Below are positions 18,806 to 28,930 of a DNA stretch of 64,000 nt, one piece after another (the stretch's first letter is position 1; the number at the start of each line of letters is the position of its first letter). Source of the DNA: Acidobacteriota bacterium. GTDB lineage: Bacteria > Acidobacteriota > CAIWXX01. Under the pieces are notes generated by a model. The model was not told the DNA's origin, did not search any database, and saw nothing but the letters and a program-made list of their open reading frames with translations. The stretch covers positions 96,001 through 160,000 of the forward strand of contig JBFMAF010000024.1 in the NCBI GenBank assembly GCA_040755995.1. The letters run 5' to 3'. Both the position numbers and the translations under genes were made by a program.

Positions 18806-19487
18806 CATAGAGCGTGCGCGAGAGCTGTCGCGCCGCCTGACCGGCCCGCAGGGCGCTGCCGGAGCGGCCGTGCCGGCTGCCCCCGCGGCTCGTTACGTCC
18901 AGTTCGGCATGCCGATCTCCGCGATGGCCCTGTCGGCGACACACCCGGCCGCGGCAGGCGCGCCGGAGACGGCAGCCGCGCCGGCTGAGCGGGCTCCATC
19001 GCCGGCCGCGCGCCTCGCGGCTCCCGCGATCGCCGAGCCCGTCCCGGCACCGCCCTCGCCGCCGCCGATCGTCGAGGCCGTTGCTGCGGTGCCGTCGCCG
19101 CCGCCGATAGTCGAGCCCGCCGGATTTGAGTCTCTTGATGCGATGCTGGAGTGGTGCCGATGCCAGCTGGATGCGGAGTCGGCGTTCATTGTAGACACGC
19201 AGGGCTTCGTGATCACCGTGGGCGGGCGCGCAGCCGAAGACCACTTCGAGGGGCTCGGGGCCGGATTGAGCGTCACCGTCGAGCACCTGATGGGGCTTGA
19301 TGAGGCCGCCGGGCAGCTGAAGTGGGTGGACCTGGAGTACTCAGGGCGCAGGCTCGTGGCGATCCGCACTCAGGTTCCCGATCACGGGGCCATGGTGCTC
19401 GGGTTCGTCGCGCCTGCGGCGGGAAGGGTCAGCCGGCTGTCGGAGGTGGAGCAGGTGGCTGCCAGACACATCGCAGCACTGGCCTGA
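18777..19487 (+). CDS. Hypothetical protein: charged N-terminal peptide, Pro/Ala linker, roadblock/GAF-like C-terminal domain
   Basis: GGAG RBS before ATG 18777 overlapping the parA end; C-terminal SAFIVDTQGFVI resembles the roadblock/LC7 strand motif. Confidence 0.65.
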   Translation: MKDLGVNLSDIERARELSRRLTGPQGAAGAAVPAAPAARYVQFGMPISAMALSATHPAAAGAPETAAAPAERAPSPAARLAAPAIAEPVPAPPSPPPIVEAVAAVPSPPPIVEPAGFESLDAMLEWCRCQLDAESAFIVDTQGFVITVGGRAAEDHFEGLGAGLSVTVEHLMGLDEAAGQLKWVDLEYSGRRLVAIRTQVPDHGAMVLGFVAPAAGRVSRLSEVEQVAARHIAALA

Positions 19488-19667
19488 CCACGCAAAGGCA
19501 GCCGGTCGCAGGCTATCCAGCCGCAGCGCTGGACCGACGGGCCCCCGATGCGCCCGGACTCAGACCGAAGGCCGGCACCCACATCCGACTGTGGCTGGAA
19601 TCGGCAACGGGCGGTGGAACTGGTACGCTGAAGACCGCATGAATCGGAGGCTTGCCGTCGATTCACA

Positions 19668-19697
19668 TTGACAGTGCAAAATTCCATATGCTATTTT
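19668..19697 (+). promoter_or_regulatory. Putative sigma70 promoter of the tol-pal cluster
   Basis: TTGACA, 18 bp, TATTTT with extended TG; the ORF-track TTG start is the -35 box. Confidence 0.6.
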
Positions 19698-19709
19698 CCG
19701 CACAGGGCT

Positions 19710-20507
19710 ATGGTGATTGAACATTTTTCTACTATCGTAGTGAGTTCCGCGCATTCGCTGCTCGCGCTTCAGGAGCCGGCGGCCGGGTCCTTCGACTGGC
19801 AGATCGTATCGATGATCCAGCATTCGGGGCTGGTGGCGAAGTTTGTTCTGCTGGTGCTGCTGTTCTTTTCGGTGGTTTCCTGGGCGATCTTCGTGAGCCG
19901 GTACATGTTGTTTGCCCGGGCGCGCAAGGAGGGTGTTTCGTTCCTGCGCGTATTCCGGAAGAGCCGCAAGTTCTCCGACGTAACCTCGGTGTGTGACAAG
20001 TATCCGAACACGCCGCTTGTTGCGATTTTCCAGGCCGGCTTCGGGGAGCTGAACTATCAGATCCAGACGTCGCAGAGCAATCCCGGACTGGGGAGAGGCG
20101 CCGGAGACACGGCGGAGCTGTCCAAAGACGGGCGCATGGTGCTCAAGAATCTGGAATCCATCAACCGCGCGATGCTCCGAGCGGAAGGCAACGAAGTGAG
20201 CCGGCTGGAGAAGCTCCTCGGCTTCCTCGCCACGACAGGCTCGGTCACGCCGTTCGTCGGGCTCTTTGGGACTGTCTACGGCATCATGGACTCATTCCAG
20301 ATGATCGGAGTCCAGGGATCGGCCAACCTGGCCACGGTAGCCCCGGGCATTTCGGAGGCTCTGATAACGACTGCGGCCGGACTGTTCACCGCCATACCCG
20401 CCGTCATCGCCTACAACTACTTCCTGAACCTCATCAAGAATCTCTCGGCCGAGATGGACGATTTCTCGATGGAATTCCTGAGCATCATCGAGAAGAATTT
20501 CACGTAG
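19710..20507 (+). CDS. tolQ: TolQ (MotA/TolQ/ExbB family)
   Basis: TPFVGLFGTVYGIM, VAPGISEALITTAAGL; exact start uncertain. Confidence 0.92.
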   Translation: MVIEHFSTIVVSSAHSLLALQEPAAGSFDWQIVSMIQHSGLVAKFVLLVLLFFSVVSWAIFVSRYMLFARARKEGVSFLRVFRKSRKFSDVTSVCDKYPNTPLVAIFQAGFGELNYQIQTSQSNPGLGRGAGDTAELSKDGRMVLKNLESINRAMLRAEGNEVSRLEKLLGFLATTGSVTPFVGLFGTVYGIMDSFQMIGVQGSANLATVAPGISEALITTAAGLFTAIPAVIAYNYFLNLIKNLSAEMDDFSMEFLSIIEKNFT

Positions 20508-20579
20508 GCCTCGATGCGGCGCTGGTGACAACATGCGGGCAGGTGCGAAGATGGAGCAGGCGGGCGCACTGTGTGCCCT

Positions 20580-20701
20580 ATTTCAGATCTCAGATTTTCA
20601 GATTTCGGGAGTCGAGTCGGCTAGCACGCTCGGTCGATGCAACGATGTCCCTCGCACGACTCCTCTTCAACTCTCAACTGTCAACTGCCAACTGCCAACT
20701 G
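20580..20701. repeat. Two tandem heptamer arrays between tolQ and tolR
   Basis: ATTTCAG-ATCTCAG-ATTTTCAG-ATTTC (20580-20606) and five (T/C)CAACT(C/G) units (20667-20701). Confidence 0.8.
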
Positions 20702-20768
20702 CCCCGACTCCACACGTCCATTCTCCGGGCACGCGCGTTACATAAAGGTAGGGGTGACCGGCTTGGGC

Positions 20769-21188
20769 ATGACATTGCAGGAACGGCGAGGAAAGCGCGT
20801 GCACATGGCCGAGATCAATGTGACGCCGCTCGTTGACGTGGTGCTGGTCCTGCTGATCATCTTCATGGTCACCGCGCCGCTGATGCAGTCCGGCATCGAT
20901 GTGAACCTGCCCAAGGCCGAGACGCGCGCACCGCTGGACGAAGAACGCGTGATCGTCACGATCGACCGCGAGCGATACGTTTACATCGGACAGTCCAACG
21001 TGAACATCAACCTCCTCGAGACGCGACTTCAGGAGATCTTCGAGGGGCGGGCGAACAAGGTAGTGTTCCTCAAGGCGGACAAGGACGTCCCGTACGGCGT
21101 CGTCATCGCCGTCATGGACAAGATCAAGAAGGCCGGCATCGACACCCTCGGCATGATCACCGAGCCGCTTCCCGAAAAGAGTCGCTGA
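20769..21188 (+). CDS. tolR: TolR (ExbD/TolR family)
   Basis: AEINVTPLVDVVLVLLIIFMVTAP, ADKDVPYG. Confidence 0.93.
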   Translation: MTLQERRGKRVHMAEINVTPLVDVVLVLLIIFMVTAPLMQSGIDVNLPKAETRAPLDEERVIVTIDRERYVYIGQSNVNINLLETRLQEIFEGRANKVVFLKADKDVPYGVVIAVMDKIKKAGIDTLGMITEPLPEKSR

Positions 21189-21190
21189 CC

Positions 21191-21931
21191 ATGGGCGCGC
21201 TCGCGGATCAATCGATTCAAGCGTACCGGCATCCGGACAACTTCCGGCTGATGTGCATCATCTCCCTCGTCGCGCACATTGGCCTGATGATCGCCGCGAC
21301 TACGCTCCCCGGCGTGCTCATCAAACCGAGCGAACAGCCCATCATGGTGAATCTGGTCACGCTCCCGGGGCCCCCTGGCAGGGGTACCAGGGCCGGCTCG
21401 CCGCCGCAGGCCAGGCCGGCTCCACAGGAGGAACCTGCTCCGAGCCAGCCGAAGCTGACCTACCCCGAGAAACCCCAGGCCAAGAAGCCTCCGCCCGCCA
21501 AGAAGGCCCCTGCGACCACACAGGCGGCCGCAAAGCCGAAGGAGACCATCGCGAGCAAGCTCGAGAGCCGCTTCGAAGGAAACGAGTTCTCGACCTTCGC
21601 GGGCGCCGGCACGGAGGGTGCCGGAGGCAGCGGCCTCTCCGGGTTCCCCTTCGCCTTCTACCTGCAGCGAGTCCGCGACAAGATCTCTTCCAACTGGTTT
21701 CAGTCGATCGTAGTCGGGCAGGTTACGGGCGAGTACGCCGTCACGGTGTTCTTCCAGATCCAGAGAGACGGCCGAGTCACCAACGTACAGGTCGAGGAAT
21801 CGAGCGGGATACCGAGCCTTGACATGTCCGCGCAGCGGGCCGTGTACGCGTCCACCCCACTCCCAGCTCTCCCCCAAGGCTACCCGAGCGACACGCTGAA
21901 TGTTCATTTCGTTTTCCACTACGAAAGGTAG
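21191..21931 (+). CDS. tolA: TolA/TonB family energy transducer
   Basis: N-terminal TM with SLVAH, Pro/Lys-rich linker, TonB-C-like domain (SSGIPSLD); located between tolR and tolB. Confidence 0.8.
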   Translation: MGALADQSIQAYRHPDNFRLMCIISLVAHIGLMIAATTLPGVLIKPSEQPIMVNLVTLPGPPGRGTRAGSPPQARPAPQEEPAPSQPKLTYPEKPQAKKPPPAKKAPATTQAAAKPKETIASKLESRFEGNEFSTFAGAGTEGAGGSGLSGFPFAFYLQRVRDKISSNWFQSIVVGQVTGEYAVTVFFQIQRDGRVTNVQVEESSGIPSLDMSAQRAVYASTPLPALPQGYPSDTLNVHFVFHYER

Positions 21932-21940
21932 GAATGAGAG

Positions 21941-23236
21941 GTGCAGATGATGCCTAGGACATACCTGGTCGTCGCGATGACGGCCCTTGCCGCCGGCTGG
22001 GCGCCGGCACAACAGAATGTCAGAATCGATACCTGGGGCGGCGTCAAGGTCGTCAACATCGCACTACCGGACTACAGAGTCGCCGCCGGCGACGGCAGCC
22101 TGGCAGAAGCATCCAATACGATCCATACCACCATCTGGGAAGACCTTCTGTTCAGCGGCTATTTCATCATAATCCCGAGGGAGCACTACAAGTTCATTCC
22201 GGTGATCGACGAGCGCCGCATCAAGTTCAAGGACTGGGCATCGCTCGATGCCGACCTGCTGCTGGTCGGAACGCCCAGCCGGGCGGGCGACCGCCTGGTC
22301 TTCAGCGGAACGCTGTACGACGTGAAGACCCAGAGCTCCATTCTCAGCAAGAGCTACGGCGGTGAAATGAAAGTAGCGCGCCTCATCGGTCACCAGATGG
22401 CCAACGAAATCCTGCGCCGATGGGTGGGCCTCGACAAGAACCTCTTCACTTCGAAGATCGCTTGCATCTCCGATCGCGACGGCAACAAAGAGCTCTACGT
22501 CATGGACTACGACGGCCAGAACCAGACGCGGATCACGTTCAACAAGGTCCCCGACCTGCTGCCGAGCTGGTCGCCCGACGGCCGCTACGTCGTCTTCACC
22601 TCGTATCGGAACAACAATCCGGACCTCTTCTCGTACTCGATCTACGAGGGCAAACTCACGCCCATCTCGACGCGCGGCCTGAACACCTCTGCCGCGTATT
22701 CGCCCGACGGGTCCAAGATCGCCTTCTCGTCCAGCCGCGACGGCAACAGCGAGATCTATCTCTCGAATCCGGATGGATCCGGGATACAGCGCCTGACCAA
22801 CGGACCCGCCATCGACACGGCGCCATCCTGGGCGCCCAACGGGCGCAGCCTCGCGTTCACGTCCGACCGCGGAGGCATACCGCAGATCTACGTCATGGAC
22901 GTCGACGGCGCGGACGTCCACAAGCTGCAGCCGCAGACAGGCAGCTACAATGACTCGCCTGCATGGTCCCCCGACGGCGAGTACATACTCTACGTCAGCC
23001 GCGAAGGAAACGAGTTCAACATCATGAGGGTCGACCTCTTCAAGCAGACGATCGTGAGACTGACCTCCGGCGGCGGAATGAACGAGAACCCGTCTTGGAG
23101 CCCAGATGGGCGACACCTGGCCTTCGCCTCGAACCGCACCGGCTCATACCAGATCTGGTGCATGGATGCAGAAGGCGGGAACCTGCGCCAACTCACTACA
23201 GCTGGACCGAACTACGCACCCGAATGGAGCAGGTGA
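21941..23236 (+). CDS. tolB: TolB beta-propeller protein
   Basis: Signal peptide, repeated PD40 WSPDG motifs, tol-pal context. Confidence 0.93.
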   Translation: MQMMPRTYLVVAMTALAAGWAPAQQNVRIDTWGGVKVVNIALPDYRVAAGDGSLAEASNTIHTTIWEDLLFSGYFIIIPREHYKFIPVIDERRIKFKDWASLDADLLLVGTPSRAGDRLVFSGTLYDVKTQSSILSKSYGGEMKVARLIGHQMANEILRRWVGLDKNLFTSKIACISDRDGNKELYVMDYDGQNQTRITFNKVPDLLPSWSPDGRYVVFTSYRNNNPDLFSYSIYEGKLTPISTRGLNTSAAYSPDGSKIAFSSSRDGNSEIYLSNPDGSGIQRLTNGPAIDTAPSWAPNGRSLAFTSDRGGIPQIYVMDVDGADVHKLQPQTGSYNDSPAWSPDGEYILYVSREGNEFNIMRVDLFKQTIVRLTSGGGMNENPSWSPDGRHLAFASNRTGSYQIWCMDAEGGNLRQLTTAGPNYAPEWSR

Positions 23237-23248
23237 TAACAAGGCACG

Positions 23249-23305
23249 ATGCAAAGTGCAAAATGCGAAATGTGAGACAAAGGAGTGGGAGGGTGAGAGG
23301 GTGAT
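23249..23305. repeat. Heptamer and octamer tandem repeats between tolB and pal
   Basis: ATGCAAA-GTGCAAA-ATGCGAA-ATGTGAG, then GAGTGGGA-GGGTGAGA-GGGTGA. Confidence 0.65.
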
Positions 23306-23437
23306 GGCCTGTTGCTTGATCCTCCCATGTGGTATAAGATGAGTTCGAAGCTGGGGTATTCCCCAGTACTGGAAACCTGGTCTTGGGTCGAGGTGAAGTT
23401 GTCAGAAATTAGGTTACTATCCAGGAGAGAGAGAAAC

Positions 23438-23992
23438 ATGAACCGAAGGGTATTGGCTGTTCTGCTAGTTTTGGTCATGGCTGGCGTTTTTGCGGCTTGC
23501 AAGAAGAGGGTCGAGCCACTGCCGCCACCGCCGCCGCCGACGGAGGCTGGTGAGAGAGGGCCGGCGGGGCAGCAGGTGGAGACGCCTGCGATGCAGCCCC
23601 TCCAGGAGACCCAGGTCTCCGAGATCTCCGACGACATCGATCAGATCAACCGGAGCGGATTGCTCAAGAAGATATACTTCGACTTTGACAAGTCCGATCT
23701 GCGCCCCGATGCTATCGCAACTCTCGACGCCAACGCGGCGCAGCTCAAGAAGTACCCGACGCTCAGGATAAGGCTCGAAGGCCACTGCGACGAGCGTGGA
23801 ACTGAGGAGTACAATATCGGGCTGGGCGACAGGCGTGCCAAGGCCGCGTACAACTACCTGGTCAACATGGGCATCAGCCCGTCGCGCATGGAGACCGTGA
23901 GCTACGGAAAGAGCCAGCCGGAGGATCCGGGACACAACGAGGAGGCCTGGGCCAAGAACCGTCGCGATGTGTTCCTGGTCATCGGGAAGTAG
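23438..23992 (+). CDS. pal: Peptidoglycan-associated lipoprotein Pal
   Basis: Lipobox FAAC, IYFDFD, EGHCDERG, NRR. Confidence 0.95.
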   Translation: MNRRVLAVLLVLVMAGVFAACKKRVEPLPPPPPPTEAGERGPAGQQVETPAMQPLQETQVSEISDDIDQINRSGLLKKIYFDFDKSDLRPDAIATLDANAAQLKKYPTLRIRLEGHCDERGTEEYNIGLGDRRAKAAYNYLVNMGISPSRMETVSYGKSQPEDPGHNEEAWAKNRRDVFLVIGK

Positions 23993-24004
23993 GAGAGAGA
24001 GACT

Positions 24005-24040
24005 GGAAGGCGGGGCTCGCTTGCGGGTGACCTGCCTTCC
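24005..24040 (+). terminator. Stem-loop after pal (terminator or mRNA stabiliser)
   Basis: GGAAGGCGGG pairs with CCTGCCTTCC plus an inner stem; no U-tract. Confidence 0.45.
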
Positions 24041-24106
24041 TGTCCAGTGCTGCAGACGCGCATGATGGAGGAATCCACAGCGGGCAGGTCGTACCGAGGT
24101 GATCTG

Positions 24107-24946
24107 ATGCGAAACATCAAGTACGTGATCGCGTGGACGCTGTTGGCCAGCGGAGTCTCGTTTGCCAGCAAGGAGATGGATCAGCTTCAGACCGACGTGA
24201 AGGAGATCCAGAGACAGATGGCGGCGCTGACTCAGTCGATCAAGGATGTGACGATGCAGATGGCCAACATTCAGGCCAAGCTGCAGGAGCAGATCGGGGG
24301 GATGCAGAAGAACTCGGCCGACATCGGAATCAAGGTCGACGATCTGGCGCAGCGTGTACAGGTGTTGACTGACAAGGTCCAGGATGCCGGCACGCAGCTC
24401 GACAAGATCTCCGAGCAGTTGGCTCAGCCGCAAGTGGCGGCGGCCGCGATGCCCGGTGCGAGCGTTCCGGGCGCGCCCGGATCGGTGCCCGCGGCTACCA
24501 CACCCGCGGCGACCGCAGCCACGGCGGGCGGAGCCGCCGGCGCGCCGGCGAGCTCGCTGCCGCCTCCCGAACAGATCTACAACACCGCGTATACCGACTA
24601 CATCAAGGGCAACTTCGATCTCGCGATCTCGGGATTCAAGCAGTACCTTGCGAGCTACCCTGCCACACAGCTCTCGGACAACGCGCAGTACTGGATAGGC
24701 GAGTGTTACTACAGCCAGAAGCGGTACGACCTGGCGGTCGAGGAGTTCAACAAGGCCACCGCGAGCTATCCTCAGGGCGACAAGCTGCCGAGCGCCATGC
24801 TCAAGAAGGGGTACGCGCTTCTGGAACTGTACCGCACCTCGGATGCGGTCAACGCGCTGCAGGCGCTGATTGACAAGTACCCGCTCTCGGACGAGGCGCG
24901 AATTGCGAAGCAGAGACTACAGGACCTGGGATTGAAACCACGCTAG
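24107..24946 (+). CDS. cpoB: Tol-Pal system protein CpoB/YbgF
   Basis: Signal peptide, coiled coil, C-terminal TPR (NAQYWIGECYY, AMLKKG); follows pal. Confidence 0.9.
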   Translation: MRNIKYVIAWTLLASGVSFASKEMDQLQTDVKEIQRQMAALTQSIKDVTMQMANIQAKLQEQIGGMQKNSADIGIKVDDLAQRVQVLTDKVQDAGTQLDKISEQLAQPQVAAAAMPGASVPGAPGSVPAATTPAATAATAGGAAGAPASSLPPPEQIYNTAYTDYIKGNFDLAISGFKQYLASYPATQLSDNAQYWIGECYYSQKRYDLAVEEFNKATASYPQGDKLPSAMLKKGYALLELYRTSDAVNALQALIDKYPLSDEARIAKQRLQDLGLKPR

Positions 24947-24962
24947 CAGGGGGAGGGGTGCG

Positions 24963-25400
24963 ATGGGCAGCGTCAACAAGGTGATCCTGGTCGGGAACGT
25001 CGGCAAGGATCCGGTGGTTCGGAGCACTCAGGATGGAAAGCGGGTGGCGAATTTTTCGATGGCCACGAGCGAGTACTTCACCGACAATCACCAGCAGAAG
25101 CAGGAGCGGACTGTCTGGCATAACGTCGTGGCTTTCGGCCGGCAGGGCGAGATCGCTGACCAGTGGATCAAGAAGGGCAAGCAGGTGTACGTCGAAGGCC
25201 GGATTCAATACCGTAAGTGGACTGATCGGGACGGGCGAGATCGCTATTCAACCGAGATCGTGGCCAGCAACATACAGCTGCTCGGAAGGCGTGAGGGCGC
25301 TCCTGCCCCTGCCGCCGCACCGGTGGAACCAGCGACGGCAAGCTACCCGGAGCCCGGCTACGAGTTCGAGCCGCCGCCCGAGGACGACACGCCGTTCTAA
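24963..25400 (+). CDS. ssb: Single-stranded DNA-binding protein
   Basis: VNKVILVGNVGKDP, KGKQVYVEG, acidic DDTPF tail. Confidence 0.96.
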   Translation: MGSVNKVILVGNVGKDPVVRSTQDGKRVANFSMATSEYFTDNHQQKQERTVWHNVVAFGRQGEIADQWIKKGKQVYVEGRIQYRKWTDRDGRDRYSTEIVASNIQLLGRREGAPAPAAAPVEPATASYPEPGYEFEPPPEDDTPF

Positions 25401-25416
25401 TCGACCCGAACCGCCT

Positions 25417-25442
25417 GTAGGGGGCGCATCGTGATCCGCCCC
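25417..25442. repeat. GTAG-type REP-like palindrome
   Basis: GTAG followed by GGGGCGCATC-GT-GATCCGCCCC (10-bp stem, 1 mismatch). Confidence 0.55.
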
Positions 25443-25593
25443 GATGCTCGGACGCCCGCCGATCGAGGGCCGCGTCGACGGCGGACTGCACTTGATCGAA
25501 TGAGCCCGGTCTGGAGTCGCGAGAATCGGCGTTCTCGAGTGCTTTACTACAGTTGTAGAGATGCCTGAGCAACGTGATCCGAGAGGAAACAAC

Positions 25594-26109
25594 ATGAGCC
25601 TGATAGCAGTGGACGTCGAAGCGGACGGGCCGATCCCTGGAACCGAGGAGTACTCCATGATCGCCGTAGGCGCGGTCGTCGTTGACGGAGCGTTCGAGAC
25701 GACGTTTCGGGCGCTCATCCGCCCGATATCCCAGAAATGGCTGCCCGAGGCTCTTGCCGTTTCCGGCTACACCAGAGAGCAGACGCTTGCATTCGAAGAG
25801 CCAGTGGTCGTGATGCGCCGATTTGCGAGGTGGGTCACCGAGGCATCAGAGGGGCGGCCGGTCTTCATCAGTGACAACCTCGCCTTCGACTGGATGTTCA
25901 CCTGCTGGTATTTCCATCATTTCACCGGCGGCAATCCGTTCGGGTTTTCGGGTCGCCGGATCGGGGACGTCTGGGCCGGAATGCAACGTAGCATGAGAAC
26001 AAGCTGGAAGCACCTGAGAACCACCAGACATTCGCACGACCCACTCGACGACGCCAAGGGAAACGCCGAGGCGTTGTGGAAGATGCACCTGATGGGAGTC
26101 AAGCTGTGA
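25594..26109 (+). CDS. DEDDh 3'-5' exonuclease/exoribonuclease
   Basis: AVDVEADGP, AFDW, HDPLDDA; GAGG RBS. Confidence 0.88.
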   Translation: MSLIAVDVEADGPIPGTEEYSMIAVGAVVVDGAFETTFRALIRPISQKWLPEALAVSGYTREQTLAFEEPVVVMRRFARWVTEASEGRPVFISDNLAFDWMFTCWYFHHFTGGNPFGFSGRRIGDVWAGMQRSMRTSWKHLRTTRHSHDPLDDAKGNAEALWKMHLMGVKL

Positions 26110-26164
26110 GCTCAGGCGCCGGGTCCCTGCAGGCCGCGCCCCGTGCCCGCGTTCTTGACACCGC

Positions 26165-27343
26165 CTACGATGATTTCAGGATCGCCACGATTTCGCGTTG
26201 TGGGGTGGTCGTGCAGATAGCCGATCCCCTGCCCACGAAGACATTGATCTCGCTTCTCACGCCGAAATCCTTCTGGTAGATCCCCGGTTCGATGCTGAAT
26301 CCGACGCCTGGGATCAGCATTCGTTCGTCGCGGCTTTCGAGGTTATCGAGGTTCACTCCGGTGAAATGGTCTTCGTAGCCGAGGGAGTGGCCGGTGCGGT
26401 GGATGAAGAAGGGTCCGTATCCGGCCCGTGCGATGTGGTTGCGTGCCATCTCGTCGACTTCCCACCCTTTGAGCGTGAGGCCCTCCTGCGCGGCGCGCTG
26501 AACGAGGTCCAGGGCGGCGTCCCGCGCGCCGGTGACGATTTCGAAGATCTCGCGATACTTGTCCGGCGGGGTCTCGCCGACGTAGCCCATCCACGTGATG
26601 TCGGCGTAGACCGACGACTGCGTCTTTTTCTTTGCCCAGACGTCCAGAAGCACGAGGTGGTTGGGTTGGATCGGCCGCGACTGCGCCGGGGCTGGTTCGT
26701 AGTGGACGTTGCCGGTGTTCTCGTCGGCGGCTACGATCGGCCGGGAGTCTGCAACGAGGCCCATCTCATCGTACTTCTGCCAAATGAATTCCTGGATTCC
26801 GTATTCATCCACCGGCTCACCGGCTCGAACGCGGCGGCCGATCTCCTCGAAGCTCATCTCTACGATCTTCAGCAGACTCTCGGCGGCCTCGCGGTGCGTC
26901 TCGAATTCCGCATCTGACCACCGGCTTGTGAAGTACTGCACCATGTCTGCGGACGAGACGATTGTGGCCCCGAAGGCCCGCACCAGCTCGGCCGTGCCCG
27001 CGTCCACGCGAGAGATATAAGGAATTGCGCATCGCGGCGAGTACTCCATGGCGATGCGCGTCTTCCCCTTGAGCAGGTCCTTGAGTCCCTTCTCCATGGA
27101 CTGCCAGCTGGTGAACGTCCTGAGCCTCCCAGGGAGGCCTTTGAACTGTTGCTCTTCGATCTTGTGCACCAGCGCGACGGGGATGCCCTCGGCGGGGATG
27201 AGGTAGAACCAGCGCCGTGTCAGCATAGCCCCCTCCCGCCCGATCATGCGCAGGGCGATCGGGTTGAGTCCCTGAAAATCGTACAGGAGCCACGCGTCGA
27301 GCTGGCTCTCGCTCAAGACCCTCTGTATGCCCTCTATGTCCAT
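26165..27343 (-). CDS. M24 family Xaa-Pro aminopeptidase
   Basis: ADITW, HRTGHSLG, SIEPGIY, GVRSE. Confidence 0.92.
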   Translation of the reverse strand: MDIEGIQRVLSESQLDAWLLYDFQGLNPIALRMIGREGAMLTRRWFYLIPAEGIPVALVHKIEEQQFKGLPGRLRTFTSWQSMEKGLKDLLKGKTRIAMEYSPRCAIPYISRVDAGTAELVRAFGATIVSSADMVQYFTSRWSDAEFETHREAAESLLKIVEMSFEEIGRRVRAGEPVDEYGIQEFIWQKYDEMGLVADSRPIVAADENTGNVHYEPAPAQSRPIQPNHLVLLDVWAKKKTQSSVYADITWMGYVGETPPDKYREIFEIVTGARDAALDLVQRAAQEGLTLKGWEVDEMARNHIARAGYGPFFIHRTGHSLGYEDHFTGVNLDNLESRDERMLIPGVGFSIEPGIYQKDFGVRSEINVFVGRGSAICTTTPQREIVAILKSS

Positions 27344-27517
27344 GCATCTCTCCTTGGTCCCATGCTGCCGCCTGCCGCCGGATGGGATCTCAGGTCCGCT
27401 CCTGGCATCCGGGATTCATCAGAACGTGGCGCCCAAAGCCACATGTCGGTCATCAGTCCAGGGACGGGATCCTCATTGGGGCGATCGTCTCGCCGCATCA
27501 TCCACGGCGCCACTCGA

Positions 27518-28723
27518 CTACGTGGCGCGTCTCAGCACGGTGCAGACGGATGCGCAGATCGGGCCGCCGATGTTGAACGTTGCGGCGGCCCGGGGATTCT
27601 TCGCCTGTAGTGCGGCGGGGGCCTTGCCGAGCAATTGCTGTGCGCACCACCCGATCATCGCGACCCCGGTGGCACCCACGGGGTGCCCCTTGGCGATCAG
27701 TCCGCCCGAGGTATTGATTCCGCATTCGCCTTCGACGTTGGCCTTGCCATCGACCCAGTAGCGCGCACCCTTTCCGAGATCTGCCTTTCCGATCACCTCC
27801 GTGCCGATTGCGCCCATCACCGTGAAGCAGTCGTGGATCTCTGCGATGTTCACGTCGGCCGGTCTTGCCCCAGCCATCTCGTACGCCTTGTTCATGGCCG
27901 TGTACGCGCCCGCGGGCCTCAGCACCTCGCGTCCTGCCTTCTTCAGCGGGTCTGTGGCCTGTGCATAGCCTGCAATCTCCACACAGTCCGCCTTGGGCAC
28001 TCCGAGCTTCTTCAGGCCTTCATCTGTCGCGATGATCAACGATGCGTAGCCGTCCGTCACCTGCGAGCAGTCGAAGGTCTTGAGCGGGAGGCCCTTGACC
28101 AGGTACGCATTCACGCCCTCGATCTTGAGTGCCTGCTCCAGACTCAGCCCCCTCTGCATCTGTGCATATGGATTCGACTTGGCGTTGGTGTACTCGGTGA
28201 CGGCCACCTGAGCCAGTTCGGCCTCGGTCACCCCGTGGGCCTTCATATATTCCGCCATGATCTCGGCGAAGGTGTGCGGGAAGATGTAGACCTTCCCCTC
28301 GCGCTCGTCCGGGTGGGAGAAGTAGCCGAGCACCTGCCCGATGAGCTTCCCATCCGCCTTGCCCTCGGCGTCCCGCATCTTCTCGTAGCCCACCGCGATC
28401 CCCACGTCTCCGAGCCCGAGCAACAGCTTGTGGATCACCGACATCACCGCTTGCCCGCCCGATGCACAGGCGTTCTCGACCGACTCGATCGGCTTGGCCT
28501 CCAGCCCGGGCACCATCGCCATCAGGCCCGACAGCAGCCCCTGCTGGTTCAGCGAGATGTTGCAGGTCGCCCCGATGCTGCCGACATCCAGCGCCTTCGG
28601 CTCGACCTTGATCTCCCTGCACACACCCTCGACCGCGTTTCTCACGATCTCCGGCACGGTCATCGGACCGAGCTTGCCAAACTTCGATTGATGATACGCT
28701 GCGATGTAGACCGGTTTTCTCAT
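27518..28723 (-). CDS. Thiolase (SCP2-type / acetyl-CoA acyltransferase)
   Basis: ENACASGG, EIHDCF, GHPVGATG; GGAGG RBS before MRKPV. Confidence 0.9.
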   Translation of the reverse strand: MRKPVYIAAYHQSKFGKLGPMTVPEIVRNAVEGVCREIKVEPKALDVGSIGATCNISLNQQGLLSGLMAMVPGLEAKPIESVENACASGGQAVMSVIHKLLLGLGDVGIAVGYEKMRDAEGKADGKLIGQVLGYFSHPDEREGKVYIFPHTFAEIMAEYMKAHGVTEAELAQVAVTEYTNAKSNPYAQMQRGLSLEQALKIEGVNAYLVKGLPLKTFDCSQVTDGYASLIIATDEGLKKLGVPKADCVEIAGYAQATDPLKKAGREVLRPAGAYTAMNKAYEMAGARPADVNIAEIHDCFTVMGAIGTEVIGKADLGKGARYWVDGKANVEGECGINTSGGLIAKGHPVGATGVAMIGWCAQQLLGKAPAALQAKNPRAAATFNIGGPICASVCTVLRRAT

Positions 28724-28930
28724 GCTCACCTCCGAATTGAGTGGCTCCCCAGCGACCCTACTTCTTGTCCGAATGCGCGGCGCGAGCGCCGCCTCTATCA
28801 AGGTGCTTAGTCTAGCACACTCCGGACCCGCCCCGAAAACCGCACAAGCCTCCTCGCAAACCAGTCCGAAGTTGCGGCTCCGGATGCAACCGCAGATGCA
28901 GGGCTGGACGGGGAACAGAGCGCGCGCGGG

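Noticed and set aside
19488..19510. ACGCAAAG...CCGGTC resembling part of a c-di-GMP-I riboswitch
   Set aside because: Upstream GGCAAA and GNRA-capped stem are absent, and it lies upstream of the predicted tolQ promoter
20580..20701. Tandem repeats as a possible CRISPR array
   Set aside because: Units are 7 nt with no spacers, and no cas genes are in the window
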